64,000 nt of DNA, from NCBI GenBank assembly GCA_014237925.1, contig JABACB010000005.1, positions 5,990-69,989 of the forward strand, read 5' to 3'. Below, in pieces: positions 11,122 to 20,761 of the stretch (its first letter is position 1; each line of letters begins with the position of its first letter). The notes beneath the pieces are model-generated. The model was not told where the DNA came from. It searched no databases and was given only the letters and a program-made list of their open reading frames with translations. Source of the DNA: Alphaproteobacteria bacterium. GTDB lineage: Bacteria; Pseudomonadota; Alphaproteobacteria; JABAAW01. A program made the position numbers and the translations under genes.

Positions 11122-11679
11122 ATGAAGATTGTTGTACGCGAAGGAGAGCTTGGCGATGCGCTGTCGTTGTGTCGTTTGCGTCGTCGTGTTTGGCTTTCTT
11201 GCTATGTGTGCGCCGAGCGTGGTTTCACGAAAGAGCGCATTCTTTCTCTCTATCGATTCACGGATTCCGAGAGCGTGTCGGCGATGCGGGAGATGCTGTC
11301 GGGCGGGGAGGGGGGCGAGGTCGGTGTTTTTGTCGCCGAGACGACCTTGAGCCACGGGAGGAGCAAGGCGGTGGGCTTTGTTGTGGGCGAGCGTTTGGAA
11401 AATCGTTTGACGATGTTGTATGTGGATTCCGTCTGGCAGGGGAGGGGAGTTGGCGGAATGTTGTGGGAGCGGGTCAGAGAATTCTTGGACGGAGGGAGGG
11501 ATGTTGTGTTGACGGTGGTTGATTTTAACGAGGGGGCGCAGGCGTTTTACTTGCGGCGGGGATTCGTGTTCGACGAGGAGGTGGACATGCAAGAGGGGTG
11601 TGAGCAGGAGGGGTGCGAGTCTCTGTTTGCCTCGAAGGGCATGCGAAGGATGGCGGCGGGAAGGATGACGGAGGACTAG
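11122..11679 (+). CDS. GNAT-family N-acetyltransferase
   Basis: The ATG at 11122 is preceded by AGGAG (11111-11115). The acetyl-CoA motif is VDSVWQGRGVGGMLWERV. The track ORF start at 11041 lies inside an AT-rich promoter repeat. Confidence 0.8.
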   Translation: MKIVVREGELGDALSLCRLRRRVWLSCYVCAERGFTKERILSLYRFTDSESVSAMREMLSGGEGGEVGVFVAETTLSHGRSKAVGFVVGERLENRLTMLYVDSVWQGRGVGGMLWERVREFLDGGRDVVLTVVDFNEGAQAFYLRRGFVFDEEVDMQEGCEQEGCESLFASKGMRRMAAGRMTED

Positions 11680-11720
11680 ACGGCGGCGGGAAGGATGACG
11701 GAGGACTAGACGGCGGCGGA
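11649..11720. repeat. 30-nt tandem repeat (about 2.4 copies) spanning the GNAT stop codon
   Basis: GA(T/C)GGCGGCGGGAAGGATGACGGAGGACTA is repeated, and every copy carries the in-frame TAG. Confidence 0.9.
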
Positions 11721-11835
11721 CTTGTCTATCGTGCATGGAACGCATTCTCTTCCGCCCTCTCAACATCAACCACACGAGCTATCTGCATAGACGCATTTTA
11801 TAGAAGCACGCTATATCTTCGCAAAGAGGCAATGG

Positions 11836-11893
11836 TATGTCTGTTGCGCTCGCGCTTGTGCTTTTTGAGAAGCACGCACTCGCGCAACAAACA
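11836..11893. repeat. REP-like imperfect palindrome, copy 1 of 4
   Basis: ATGTCTGTTGCGCTCGCGCTTGTGC-tttttgagaa-GCACGCACTCGCGCAACAAACAT, between the convergent GNAT and rnd genes. Confidence 0.8.
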
Positions 11894-11978
11894 TATCGCG
11901 CGCTTGCCTATCGTGCGCTTAAAGCGTAGTCTCTTTCTCGCTATCCAAGCTTACTATACAAGCTACATAGGCGCGTTC

Positions 11979-13136
11979 CTACTTTTCGACCACTCGTATC
12001 TTTTCGCCCTCTACCCACAAGCCCAGTTGTCCCTTCAACAACGCCTCGGCTCGCCTCCCGAAAATTTCATACCGCCACCCCTTCGCAAACACCGCCTCCC
12101 CCCCTCGAACAAACGATACCAACTCCGCCTGTCCCCCCAGCAACTCCGCGGCAACTCCCTCCTCCTCGCTACACACACGCTGCAACGCCCGTAAAACGGA
12201 CAACAGAGAACGCTCCTCCTCACGCGCAACAAGCGCCTCCTCCAAGACAACCTTCTCATCATGTTCGCTCGCTCGAACCTGCGAGACAACCTCCTCCACC
12301 ATCCTTCGATTGTTGCCCCATCCCCCCAGCGCACGGCAGTTTCGAACCTCGTCAAAGCCAGCAGGACGCAGTTTTGCCAACGCCACGAGTACGACATCCG
12401 AACAAACCCATTGTCTCGGTCTGTCCAGCTTTTTTGCTCGCTCCTCTCGCCACCGACACAGCCTCCGCAAAACCTTGCGCGCTTCTTCCCCCCCGCGCAC
12501 CTTTGCCGAAAGACGCACAAAGGCTTCCTCCCCGCTCTGCTCGACGCTGGCAGCGTCCGTCAGCGCTTGCTGAATCTCTGCGAGCCACAAAAATCTTCCG
12601 CGCTCCTCCAGTCTCGCGCGCAAACGCGGATAGAGCTGCGCCAAATAGACGACATCGCCCAAAGCGTAACGAATCTGCTTGTCGCTGAGAGGGCGCTTCT
12701 GCCAGTCTGCATGCTGTCCCGCCTTGTCCACCTCTACGGACAAACGAAGACGCGCCAACCGCTCGTATCCGCACTGACCGCCATACCCCAACAGAGCCGC
12801 TGCAACCTGAGTGTCGAATATGGCGGACGGCAAGGCTGCGAAATGCCGCCACAAAATCTCCCAATCCTGCTTGCCTGCATGAAAAACTCTTACTCCACTC
12901 CCCTCGTACAACACAGAGCGAACCGCCTTCATATCTGTCCGCTCGTCGAGCACATCTACGACGCAGGCAAGAAGACGACCCTCTGCATCGAACGCCGCGA
13001 TCTGAACAAGGCTCCATACGGGCCAATAAGTGCGCTCGCGTACGAACTCGGTGTCGACACAGAAAAAAGAGGCATCCTTTGCTCTTTCGGCAAGCTCTTC
13101 CAGCGACACCCTTTCGTAGTCGTCGGTGCGCGTCAT
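11979..13136 (-). CDS. rnd: Ribonuclease D
   Basis: DEDD exonuclease motifs (FFCVDTEF, VFHAGKQDWEIL, YALGDVVYL) and an HRDC-type C-terminus. The ATG at 13136 was verified. It overlaps the ubiG stop by 4 nt (ATGA). Confidence 0.9.
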   Translation of the reverse strand: MTRTDDYERVSLEELAERAKDASFFCVDTEFVRERTYWPVWSLVQIAAFDAEGRLLACVVDVLDERTDMKAVRSVLYEGSGVRVFHAGKQDWEILWRHFAALPSAIFDTQVAAALLGYGGQCGYERLARLRLSVEVDKAGQHADWQKRPLSDKQIRYALGDVVYLAQLYPRLRARLEERGRFLWLAEIQQALTDAASVEQSGEEAFVRLSAKVRGGEEARKVLRRLCRWREERAKKLDRPRQWVCSDVVLVALAKLRPAGFDEVRNCRALGGWGNNRRMVEEVVSQVRASEHDEKVVLEEALVAREEERSLLSVLRALQRVCSEEEGVAAELLGGQAELVSFVRGGEAVFAKGWRYEIFGRRAEALLKGQLGLWVEGEKIRVVEK

Positions 13137-13897
13137 CGCCGCCCCTTGGCAGCAGGGGAGAGACGAAAGGTTGCAATGTAGTTGAAGGAAAGGCTGGCGG
13201 AGTCCAGCACGAAATCTCCGTATCCAAGACGATACCTCATGCCGCACAGGTCTGCCATCTCCAGCCCTGCCGCCTCGCCCCATCGTTCCAACTCGCCAGG
13301 AGCGACAAACTTCTCCCACGCGTGCGTGCCGCGCGGAACGAACGCGAGAAGCCGCTCGGCAACAAGGATGCCCTTGACCCACGATTCTGCCGTGCGGTTG
13401 AGCGTCGACAGAACGAAGATGCCGTCCTTTTTCAACAACCTCGAAGCCCGCTCCAAAAAACGACGCGGATCGTCCGCATGCTCGATGACCTCCATCGCGC
13501 ACAGCAAGTCGAAGGCTCGCTCCTCCTCCATCTCCTCCAGCGCCATGGTGCGATAATCGATGGAAAGCCCGCGCTCCTCGGCGTGCCTGCGCGCGACAAG
13601 AACAGACTCCTTACTGCTGTCGATGGCGGAAACCTTCGCCCCCAGTCTCGCCAGCGCCTCGCTCATCAGCCCCCCCCCGCAACCGATGTCCAAGGCGCGT
13701 AGATCTGCGCGCAAGCCTCCGCGCTGAGGCGCGAGCGCGTGCTTGACCATCTGCTCTCGCAGGTAGCGCATGCGCGCGGGCTGCATCTTGTGCAGCATGG
13801 AGAAGGCTCCGTCGAGCTGCCACCACTCGGAAGCGAAGGCGTCAATCCCATCAGAAGAAGAGCGCGAGGCATCGGCGGAAGACGAAGACGAGGACAT
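13133..13897 (-). CDS. ubiG: Ubiquinone biosynthesis O-methyltransferase
   Basis: The SAM-binding motif LDIGCGGGLMSE and the conserved MEVIEHADDP. The ATG at 13897 was verified. An alternative start at 13966 would leave only 5 nt to lysC. Confidence 0.88.
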   Translation of the reverse strand: MSSSSSSADASRSSSDGIDAFASEWWQLDGAFSMLHKMQPARMRYLREQMVKHALAPQRGGLRADLRALDIGCGGGLMSEALARLGAKVSAIDSSKESVLVARRHAEERGLSIDYRTMALEEMEEERAFDLLCAMEVIEHADDPRRFLERASRLLKKDGIFVLSTLNRTAESWVKGILVAERLLAFVPRGTHAWEKFVAPGELERWGEAAGLEMADLCGMRYRLGYGDFVLDSASLSFNYIATFRLSPAAKGRR

Positions 13898-13971
13898 AGT
13901 TTCCGTTTGTAGCACGATTTCCCGTCCTGTTTTCTGTGTCGTTTGTGCGACAAATCCTGTAGACATGTCGC

Positions 13972-15222
13972 ATGTCTCGCGTTGTCCAAAAGTTCGGCGG
14001 CAGCTCGCTTGCCGACCTCGCTTGCATGCGTCGCGCAGCCCAGCTTGTTGCACAACGCTGGCATCAAGGCGAGCAAGTGGCTGTCGTCGTCTCTGCGATG
14101 GGAGAACGCACCGACCACTTGCTCGCGCTCGCCTCGGAAGCCTCGAAATCTCACGCAGCCGCCAGCGCCGAGACCGACGCGCTGCTGGCGACGGGCGAGC
14201 AGGAATCGGCAGCCTTGATGGCGCTCTGCCTGCAAAATATCGGACTGAAAGCGCGCTCCTTCGCCGGCTGGCAGATCCCCGTGGAAACCTGCGGGCCGCA
14301 CGGCAACGCGCGCGTGCAACAAATTGCAACGACAACCCTGCTGGAAACATTGCGGCAAAAAGCGGTCGCCGTCTGTACGGGCTTCCAAGGCACGATGGGC
14401 GGCGGCAAGCGCATAGCGACGCTAGGTCGAGGGGGCTCTGACACCTCCGCCGTGCTGCTTGCTGCGGCATTGGAGGCCGATCTCTGCGAAATTTTCACCG
14501 ATGTCGAAGGCGTCTACACGACAGATCCAAGAATTGTGACAACAGCGCGCAAAATTGATACTATCGACTACGAAGAGATGCTCGAAATGGCGGCGCTCGG
14601 TGCGCGTGTGCTGGAGACGCGCGCCGCTTCTGCAGCGATGCGCTTTCGCGTGCCGTTGCTTATTCGCTCGACCTTCTCCGACAACCCAGGAACCTCTGTC
14701 TTCGCCACGGACAAATCGATGGAACAACGCTCTGTCACCGCACTCGCCTATTCCGACAAGGACGCGAAGATCGCCCTCGTTGGTCTCGACAACACGCCGG
14801 GGATTGCAGGCAAAATTTTTGCACAACTCGCGCTGAACAACATCTCGGTCGACATGATCGTACAAGGCACGACTCAAGACGAGAAGAAAGCTCATATCAC
14901 CTTCACGGTTGCGAAAGCAGACAAGGAGCGCGCTTGCTCTGCCTTGGAAGAGATTCGCTCCGAAGCCCCTTTTCAGGAGCTGCGTAGCGACGACAAGGTG
15001 ATCAAGATCTCTCTGATCGGAGCGGGCATGAACTCTTACGCCGGCGTTGCTTCGCGCATGTTCCGCACGCTCGCCGACAAGGGGATCAACATCCAGATCA
15101 TCGCGACCTCCGAGATCAAGATCAGCGTTCTGATCGCCGCCGACTATCTCGAGCTGGCCATGCGCAGTCTACACGCCGTCTTCGAGTTGCAAAAAGACCC
15201 TTCCTCTCCATCCAAGATTTGA
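13972..15222 (+). CDS. lysC: Aspartate kinase
   Basis: VVQKFGGSSLAD...VVVSAMG kinase N-terminus and two ACT domains at the C-terminus; 416 aa. Confidence 0.95.
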   Translation: MSRVVQKFGGSSLADLACMRRAAQLVAQRWHQGEQVAVVVSAMGERTDHLLALASEASKSHAAASAETDALLATGEQESAALMALCLQNIGLKARSFAGWQIPVETCGPHGNARVQQIATTTLLETLRQKAVAVCTGFQGTMGGGKRIATLGRGGSDTSAVLLAAALEADLCEIFTDVEGVYTTDPRIVTTARKIDTIDYEEMLEMAALGARVLETRAASAAMRFRVPLLIRSTFSDNPGTSVFATDKSMEQRSVTALAYSDKDAKIALVGLDNTPGIAGKIFAQLALNNISVDMIVQGTTQDEKKAHITFTVAKADKERACSALEEIRSEAPFQELRSDDKVIKISLIGAGMNSYAGVASRMFRTLADKGINIQIIATSEIKISVLIAADYLELAMRSLHAVFELQKDPSSPSKI

Positions 15223-16376
15223 TGGCGAGAAAGGACGACGATCTTTCAAGCGAGCTGTCGCTCGAATCGCTGGGCGAAGCTCTGCGTCGTCAGCGCGACA
15301 AGCGCCAGCTCGCGTTGCAAGACTGCGCCGAGCAGCTGAAGATCAGGCATCGCTATTTGGATTCTTTGGAGCAAGGAAGCCCCGACGACCTGCCCGGCGA
15401 TGTGTTCTACATTAATTTTGTCAAGAGCTACGCGACGCTGCTGGGGTTGGCGGGCGAGGAATTTGCCAGCAAAGCGCGCAAGGTGCTGCAGGCGCAAGGG
15501 AGGTTGCAAGAGCTCGAAAGCGTGATGCAGCGTCTTCCTGCGAAGAAGGCGAGCAAGGCAGCTGCCGCGCCGTTCGAGGACTCGTCGGGATTGACCTCGA
15601 ACCTTGCTTCCAACCTTGCTTTGAGCCTCGGCAAGGGGGCGGCATCCAGGGTCTCTTCCTTGTCTGTTCCTTCGCCTCTTCCATCGCCTCTTCCTTCGGA
15701 AGGGGGCTTTTCTTCGCCGCCGATCACGAATTCTGATACCGAGAAGCAGCAGTTGCGCGAAATGTTGTCGAGTCCTCTTGTTGTCGTCGGTGCCTTGCTG
15801 GGAGCCGTTCTGATTTATCTGGGAGCTGTGATCGTCTTGGATCTGTTGGGGGAGGAACGCGGTGTCGTCGCTACGGATACGACGGTTTCGCTTGCGCCAG
15901 CCGAGGAGCAGCTCGAAGAAGAGACGCTTGTCGAGGTTGTCGAAGATACGCGCGCGCCGCATATTTACGGAGCTGTAGGCTCGACGCGCATCGAGGTGTG
16001 GGCGAAAGAGACTTGCTGGATTGCCGTTTTTGCAACCGACACTTCGTTGGGAAAACGCGATCGAGCAGAGCTGTTGTTTGCAGAGACTTTGTTGGAAGGG
16101 GATCGTTACCGCGTTCCTGCCGAGCTGGGGATTGTCTTGAAGGGGGGCAATCTTTCGTGTCTGACCTTTGTTGTTCAGGGCGTTGTGATCGAACCGTTTC
16201 GCATTCCTAGCCCTTCGGGTTTCATGTCGTTGGAGCCGTCGCACTTGCGCACGCGCACGGCGGTTCGAGAGGGCGGCGTGTTGGCGCGCGAGCGTTTGCC
16301 TGTCGTTCTTGAAATCGAGCTGTTGCGTCAGCAACGTTCCGAACGCATGCTGGAGTTGGACGGAGGCAACCCTTAA
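15222..16376 (+). CDS. RodZ-like helix-turn-helix membrane protein
   Basis: An N-terminal HTH (LGEALRRQRDKRQLALQDCAEQLKIRHRYLDSLEQG), a central low-complexity region plus a TM helix, and a DUF4115-like C-terminus. It sits just upstream of ispG, as rodZ often does. The ATG at 15222 overlaps the lysC TGA. Confidence 0.75.
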   Translation: MARKDDDLSSELSLESLGEALRRQRDKRQLALQDCAEQLKIRHRYLDSLEQGSPDDLPGDVFYINFVKSYATLLGLAGEEFASKARKVLQAQGRLQELESVMQRLPAKKASKAAAAPFEDSSGLTSNLASNLALSLGKGAASRVSSLSVPSPLPSPLPSEGGFSSPPITNSDTEKQQLREMLSSPLVVVGALLGAVLIYLGAVIVLDLLGEERGVVATDTTVSLAPAEEQLEEETLVEVVEDTRAPHIYGAVGSTRIEVWAKETCWIAVFATDTSLGKRDRAELLFAETLLEGDRYRVPAELGIVLKGGNLSCLTFVVQGVVIEPFRIPSPSGFMSLEPSHLRTRTAVREGGVLARERLPVVLEIELLRQQRSERMLELDGGNP

Positions 16377-16385
16377 ATTTAAGCG

Positions 16386-17603
16386 ATGCTCGATTCTTCT
16401 GACAGGATGGCAGCGCACGAGGCTTTGCCCGTTGTTCGGCGTCGTTCGCGTCGTATTTCTGTAGGCTCGGTTTTTGTCGGGGGGGACGCTGCGATCTCGG
16501 TTCAGTCGATGACGAACACGCCGAGCGAGGATATCGAAGCGTGCGTGCGGCAGATCGAGGCTTTGGCGCAGGCGGGTGCGGACATTGTTCGCGTCTCCTG
16601 TCCGAGCGAGGAGTCGACGCGCGCCTTCGCCCAAATTGTCAAGCGAGTATCTCTTCCCTTGGTCGCCGACATCCACTTCCACCACAAGCGTGCCTTGGAG
16701 GCGGCGCGGGCGGGAGCGGCGGGTTTGCGAATCAATCCGGGCAATATCGGCGGGGCTTCGCGCGTGCGCGAGGTTGTGAAGGCTGCAAAGGATGCGGGCT
16801 GTTCGATTCGCATCGGTGTCAATGCGGGTTCTTTGGAGCGCGACTTGCTTGCAAAATACGGAGAGCCTTGTCCGCAGGCGATGGTCGAGAGCGCCTTGTT
16901 GCAAAGTCGCTTGTTGGAAGACTGCGACTTCGATGCTTTCAAGATCAGCGTCAAAGCCTCCGATGTGCGTTTGGCAATTGCCTCCTATCGTCTTTTGGCG
17001 AGCTCTTGCGACCATCCGTTGCACTTGGGAATTACGGAGGCGGGCGGGCAGATGGCGGGCAGTGTCAAGTCGGCGATAGGCTTGGGAACTTTGTTGTTGG
17101 AGGGAATCGGCGATACTTTACGCGTCTCCTTGTCTGCCGATCCTGTCGAGGAGGTGCGTGTCGGCTTTGCCGTTCTGCAGTCCTTGAAGTTGCGTTCGCG
17201 CGGGGTCAACATCGTTGCTTGTCCTTCCTGTTCTCGTCAGCGCTTCGATGTGATCGGTGTTGTGCGCGAGGCGGAGGAGCGCTTGGAGCATATCCGTGAG
17301 CCGATCACGGTTTCGATCATCGGATGCGTCGTCAACGGACCGGGCGAGGCGCGTTCCAGCGATGTCGGAGTTGCGGGGGGAGGGAAGGGGACGCATCAAA
17401 TCTATGTGGGGGGGGGGAAGGATCATCGCTTCGAGGGAGGGAACGACAACATGGGAGGGGGCAAAGATACAGGCAAGGACAAGGGTAAGAACAAGGGTAA
17501 GGACAAGAGCAAGGATACGAAATTAGTCGATCACATCGTCGAGTTGGTCGAGAAAAGGGCAGAGGCTTTGCGAGAGGCGAGGAAAGAGAAAGAAGTTTTG
17601 TAG
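16386..17603 (+). CDS. ispG: 4-hydroxy-3-methylbut-2-en-1-yl diphosphate synthase
   Basis: [13 protein letters not shown] and RINPGNIG motifs, plus the C-terminal cluster cysteines CPSCSR...[10 protein letters not shown] Gly/Lys/Asp-rich insert ([12 protein letters not shown]) is encoded at about 17440-17520. Confidence 0.95.
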   Translation: MLDSSDRMAAHEALPVVRRRSRRISVGSVFVGGDAAISVQSMTNTPSEDIEACVRQIEALAQAGADIVRVSCPSEESTRAFAQIVKRVSLPLVADIHFHHKRALEAARAGAAGLRINPGNIGGASRVREVVKAAKDAGCSIRIGVNAGSLERDLLAKYGEPCPQAMVESALLQSRLLEDCDFDAFKISVKASDVRLAIASYRLLASSCDHPLHLGITEAGGQMAGSVKSAIGLGTLLLEGIGDTLRVSLSADPVEEVRVGFAVLQSLKLRSRGVNIVACPSCSRQRFDVIGVVREAEERLEHIREPITVSIIGCVVNGPGEARSSDVGVAGGGKGTHQIYVGGGKDHRFEGGNDNMGGGKDTGKDKGKNKGKDKSKDTKLVDHIVELVEKRAEALREARKEKEVL

Positions 17604-17627
17604 CGGGGGTTATGTATGTTGATTGAT

Positions 17628-17679
17628 AGAACACAAGAATAGAACGCAAGAATAGAATGCAAGAATAGAACACAAGACG
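17628..17679. repeat. 13-nt tandem repeat AGAAC(A/G)CAAGAAT, about 3.5 copies
   Basis: Read directly downstream of ispG. The same ACAAGACGCGCAAACT anchor follows as at about 4960. Confidence 0.9.
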
Positions 17680-17808
17680 CGCAAACTTTCTTTCCTCCCA
17701 CCCGTCCTTTAGCAAGTCTTGCGCATGGGGGTATGGGGAGCGGGAGGGAGAGACAAGTAGGGGGGAAACAAGACTCGCACAGAACAAACTTCGAGGGCGC
17801 GGCAGAGC

Positions 17809-17866
17809 ATGTCTGTTGCGTTCGCGCTCGTGCCTTTTGTGTGGCACGCGCTCGCGCAACAGACAT
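17809..17866. repeat. REP-like imperfect palindrome, copy 2 of 4
   Basis: ATGTCTGTTGCGTTCGCGCTCGTGCC-ttttgtgt-GGCACGCGCTCGCGCAACAGACAT. Confidence 0.8.
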
Positions 17867-17982
17867 CGTTGTGTTGCGCGTCCAAAACTATTGATCAAGG
17901 CTATTGGTGTGGATTTGTTGGCGCGGATTGTGGCGTGCATTCTGCGCGTGAGCGTAGCGAAACGCGCAGCCTTTTCTTATCC

Positions 17983-18032
17983 CAAGCGCGTTCCCAAACG
18001 CGTTCCCAAACGCGTTCCGAAGCGCGTTTCGC
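17983..18032. repeat. 12-nt tandem repeat (A/G)AGCGCGTT(C/T)CC, about 4 copies
   Basis: Read directly: caagcgcgttcc caaacgcgttcc caaacgcgttcc gaagcgcgtttc. Confidence 0.85.
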
Positions 18033-18158
18033 AAGAAACACGCTAAAAACACGCTATCTATAGCCTTTCGTTACAAGAACAGCTTTGGCTAAGTTGCGAT
18101 GCCTCTTTTTTTGTCCTTAAAAATCCGATCCTCCGCCCCAATCTCCCGCCTCTCAAGG

Positions 18159-18692
18159 CTATTCCAGCGTCTCTCGTACGAACAACCTCTCTTCGATCTT
18201 GCTAAAGATCCGCTCGTGCAAAGCGTTGTCCGTCAGAATCTTGTCGCCATAGCGACTGTTGACATTGACAACGATCAAACGCAAATGCGTGTAGTTGCCA
18301 ATACGCTCCATCGTCAAGGTCAACCTACGAAAAGTCTGATACCGCTCGCCTGGCTGACAATGTCGCACATGCCGTCTCGCCAAGGGGTCCCAAACGCTCC
18401 TGCAATCGTCCTCCGCTCGCTTTTGTTTCACTAGCCCCCTCGCTTCGACAAGCGTCCTGTCGTTCTTGTCGCTCGTGATCTGATAGCCCAAGCCGCGCAA
18501 GACAAAGATGCTCGCTCTGTGAACGTCTTCGATCGCAGTCTCCCACTGGCGCGATTGTATCTCCTCGCGCTGAGCCTCTGTGATCGGCGGCGCAATGTCA
18601 AACAAACCACAAGAGGATAACAAGACCACTCCCCCCAAAAGCCCAGATACTCCGCTTAGCCCCCTGCTGACAATTTTACGAAGGGTTTTCAT
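18159..18692 (-). CDS. Hypothetical lipoprotein
   Basis: 177 aa with a signal peptide and lipobox (VLLSSC). I recognise no family. Confidence 0.55.
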   Translation of the reverse strand: MKTLRKIVSRGLSGVSGLLGGVVLLSSCGLFDIAPPITEAQREEIQSRQWETAIEDVHRASIFVLRGLGYQITSDKNDRTLVEARGLVKQKRAEDDCRSVWDPLARRHVRHCQPGERYQTFRRLTLTMERIGNYTHLRLIVVNVNSRYGDKILTDNALHERIFSKIEERLFVRETLE

Positions 18693-18707
18693 CGTGCGAC
18701 AAGAATG

Positions 18708-19121
18708 TTAGAAGCTGCTTGTTCGACTCTTGAAATCGCTGACGATTTTCTTTTCGTTGAATTTAATGAGCAGCGTCATCCTCCTCTGCGTGTTCTCCGC
18801 CGAAGAGGTGGTTCTGTTGTAGCCCCCCAAGAGCAGAAAGAATCCTCCGCTCCCCGTGCGCGAACGACTGACCGAAGCGGAGCGCTTGAAAGTCCAAACC
18901 TCCTTGCCGCTGCCGTCGATGGTGGCAATGTCAGGCGGTCCGAACACATCCAACACTTGCGCCTGCGAAGTTTGCCCCACCCTCAAATGCAACTGCACAT
19001 TGCCGTGCGTCAGAGGGTTCCTCTCTTCCTCCGTAGGTCCCTGTCCTAATCCCTGCCTTTGCGAAGCGCAACCCGCAAGCGAGAAAGCCAGCAGCAGGCA
19101 GGCGAAAGACGATATTCTCAT
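18708..19121 (-). CDS. Hypothetical lipoprotein (weak resemblance to small SmpA/OmlA-type lipoproteins)
   Basis: 137 aa with a signal peptide and lipobox (FSLAGC). The segment VGQTSQAQVLDVFGPPD is reminiscent of BamE-like folds, but this is only a resemblance. Confidence 0.55.
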   Translation of the reverse strand: MRISSFACLLLAFSLAGCASQRQGLGQGPTEEERNPLTHGNVQLHLRVGQTSQAQVLDVFGPPDIATIDGSGKEVWTFKRSASVSRSRTGSGGFFLLLGGYNRTTSSAENTQRRMTLLIKFNEKKIVSDFKSRTSSF

Positions 19122-19269
19122 GGTAGACTATCCATCAAAACTTCTTTTGTTCTCCACCTATCATAGCGGTATTTTCTTGCTTGTCAAATCCTTTAAAAAC
19201 CGCCATGCCTCAAAAGAATATTCAAGAGGACGATCCGAGAACACGACACAAACAATAGGAACAAACCTT

Positions 19270-20169
19270 ATGTCGGCAACCCTTATCGACGGTGCCTCCG
19301 TCGCCGCATCGCTCAACGAGCGCATCGCCGATTTGGCGTCAACCTTCGCAAAGCGAACAGGCAGGAAGCCAGGACTGAGCGTCTGCATCGTCGGCGACGA
19401 CCCTGCCAGCGCCGTCTATGTGCGCGCGAAAGAGAAACGCGCGAGCAACGCAGGTTTTGAAAGTCGCGTCCTTCGTCAATCCGCCTCCTTGTCGCAAGCC
19501 GAGCTGCTGGAGACGATCAACGCTCTGAACGCCGAAGAATCGACGGACGGCATCCTCGTCCAACTCCCCCTGCCGCCAGGGCTCCAAGAGAGGGCGATCA
19601 TCGAGGCGATCGACCCGCGCAAGGATGTCGACGGCTTCCACACCGAAAACAGCGGCAAGCTGCTCTGCGGCATCGAAGACGGGTTCGTCCCTTGCACCCC
19701 CTTCGGATGTCTGCACCTGTTGCACCACCACTTCGCTCAGCAGGGCGACAGCCTCGCGGGGAAACGCGCGCTCGTCTTGGGACGCTCCAACATCGTGGGG
19801 AAGCCGATGGCGCTGCTGCTGCTGGCAGAGCATGCCAGTGTTACCATCGCGCACTCGCGCACGCGCGACCTGCCCGCCCTATGTCGAGAGGCGGAGGTGC
19901 TGGTCGCCGCCGTCGGACGCGCCAACTTTGTCCAAGGCGACTGGATCAGGCAGGGAGCCGTCGTTGTCGATGTCGGAATCAATCGAGAAGAAGGCAAGCT
20001 GACAGGCGATGTCGACTTCTCCGAAGCACAAAAGAGAGCAGCAGCCATCACCCCCGTGCCAGGCGGCGTAGGTCCTATGACCATCGCCATGTTGTTGTGG
20101 AACACGCTGACAGCCGCGCACAGAAGATCGGGACTGCCTCCCCCTCGTTTGCAGGCAGAACAAGACTGA
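19270..20169 (+). CDS. folD: Bifunctional methylenetetrahydrofolate dehydrogenase/cyclohydrolase
   Basis: LIDGASVAASL...PGLSVCIVGDDPASAVYVRAKEK...GRSNIVGKPMALLL...PVPGGVGPMT. The ATG at 19270 was verified; the track ORF start at 18856 is an over-extension. Confidence 0.95.
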   Translation: MSATLIDGASVAASLNERIADLASTFAKRTGRKPGLSVCIVGDDPASAVYVRAKEKRASNAGFESRVLRQSASLSQAELLETINALNAEESTDGILVQLPLPPGLQERAIIEAIDPRKDVDGFHTENSGKLLCGIEDGFVPCTPFGCLHLLHHHFAQQGDSLAGKRALVLGRSNIVGKPMALLLLAEHASVTIAHSRTRDLPALCREAEVLVAAVGRANFVQGDWIRQGAVVVDVGINREEGKLTGDVDFSEAQKRAAAITPVPGGVGPMTIAMLLWNTLTAAHRRSGLPPPRLQAEQD

Positions 20170-20216
20170 ACGAGAAGCAGCAGGCGGTTCAGAACAAGAG
20201 AATCAGAACAAGGAAA

Positions 20217-20669
20217 TCAGAACAAAAGATTGACAAAAACCGTCCAGCAAAGGATGAAGAGAGTGCCAGCAACGGCGAAGCTTTTGATGCGGAGCATGTT
20301 CTTTCGAATCAAGGCGATGTCCTTTTCCATGGCGAGCACGTGCGCTCTGAGAATGACCATTTCAGCATTGCGCAGGTCTATTTTGGCATCGACCTCCTGC
20401 TTGAAGGCTTCGAACTCCACACGAGAAATCGCCTCCTGCGCGCCGTCAATTTCGAGGGCGGGTGGCTCTTGGTGCAGCAATTTTCCAAGCCGTTCGGGCA
20501 GAGGAAGAAAGTGAACGTCCGCGCTTGCCTTGCGGGGCTGTAGAGCTTCGAGCCCCTCAAGGTTGATGTTGGAGGAAGCCGCGACAGCTCCCCGCCCTTT
20601 GCGGAGGAGATAGAGCTTTCGTGAATCGAGAATGTCCATAAGCGAAAAATCTATCAGGGTTGTAGGCAA
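20217..20669 (-). CDS. Hypothetical coiled-coil protein with a C-terminal TM anchor
   Basis: 150 aa with heptad-like EFEAFKQEVDAKIDLRNAEM and a C-terminal hydrophobic helix (FAVAGTLFILCWTVFVNLLF). The architecture matches the next gene. The start is uncertain. Confidence 0.4.
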   Translation of the reverse strand: MPTTLIDFSLMDILDSRKLYLLRKGRGAVAASSNINLEGLEALQPRKASADVHFLPLPERLGKLLHQEPPALEIDGAQEAISRVEFEAFKQEVDAKIDLRNAEMVILRAHVLAMEKDIALIRKNMLRIKSFAVAGTLFILCWTVFVNLLF

Positions 20670-20761
20670 AGAGCAAGAAAAAACACGATCTGTTTAACGA
20701 AACAACAACTTGTCCGTTGACCTTTTTGACCTGCAGACCCGTCGCACCGCGCGGATTTCTG

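Noticed and set aside
15246-17024. A 592-aa ORF antisense to the rodZ-like gene and ispG, plus many similar long antisense or alternate-frame ORFs (for example 1318-2040, 3089-3799, 4010-4792, 22630-23760, 24079-25227, 25064-26446, 34020-35114, 41056-42060, 46166-47365, 46603-47688, 50053-51039)
   Set aside because: They overlap genes with unmistakable conserved motifs on the other strand or frame. Their translations are Arg/Pro/Gln/Ala-rich with no recognisable motifs. This is the usual result of stop-codon scarcity in G+C-rich DNA.
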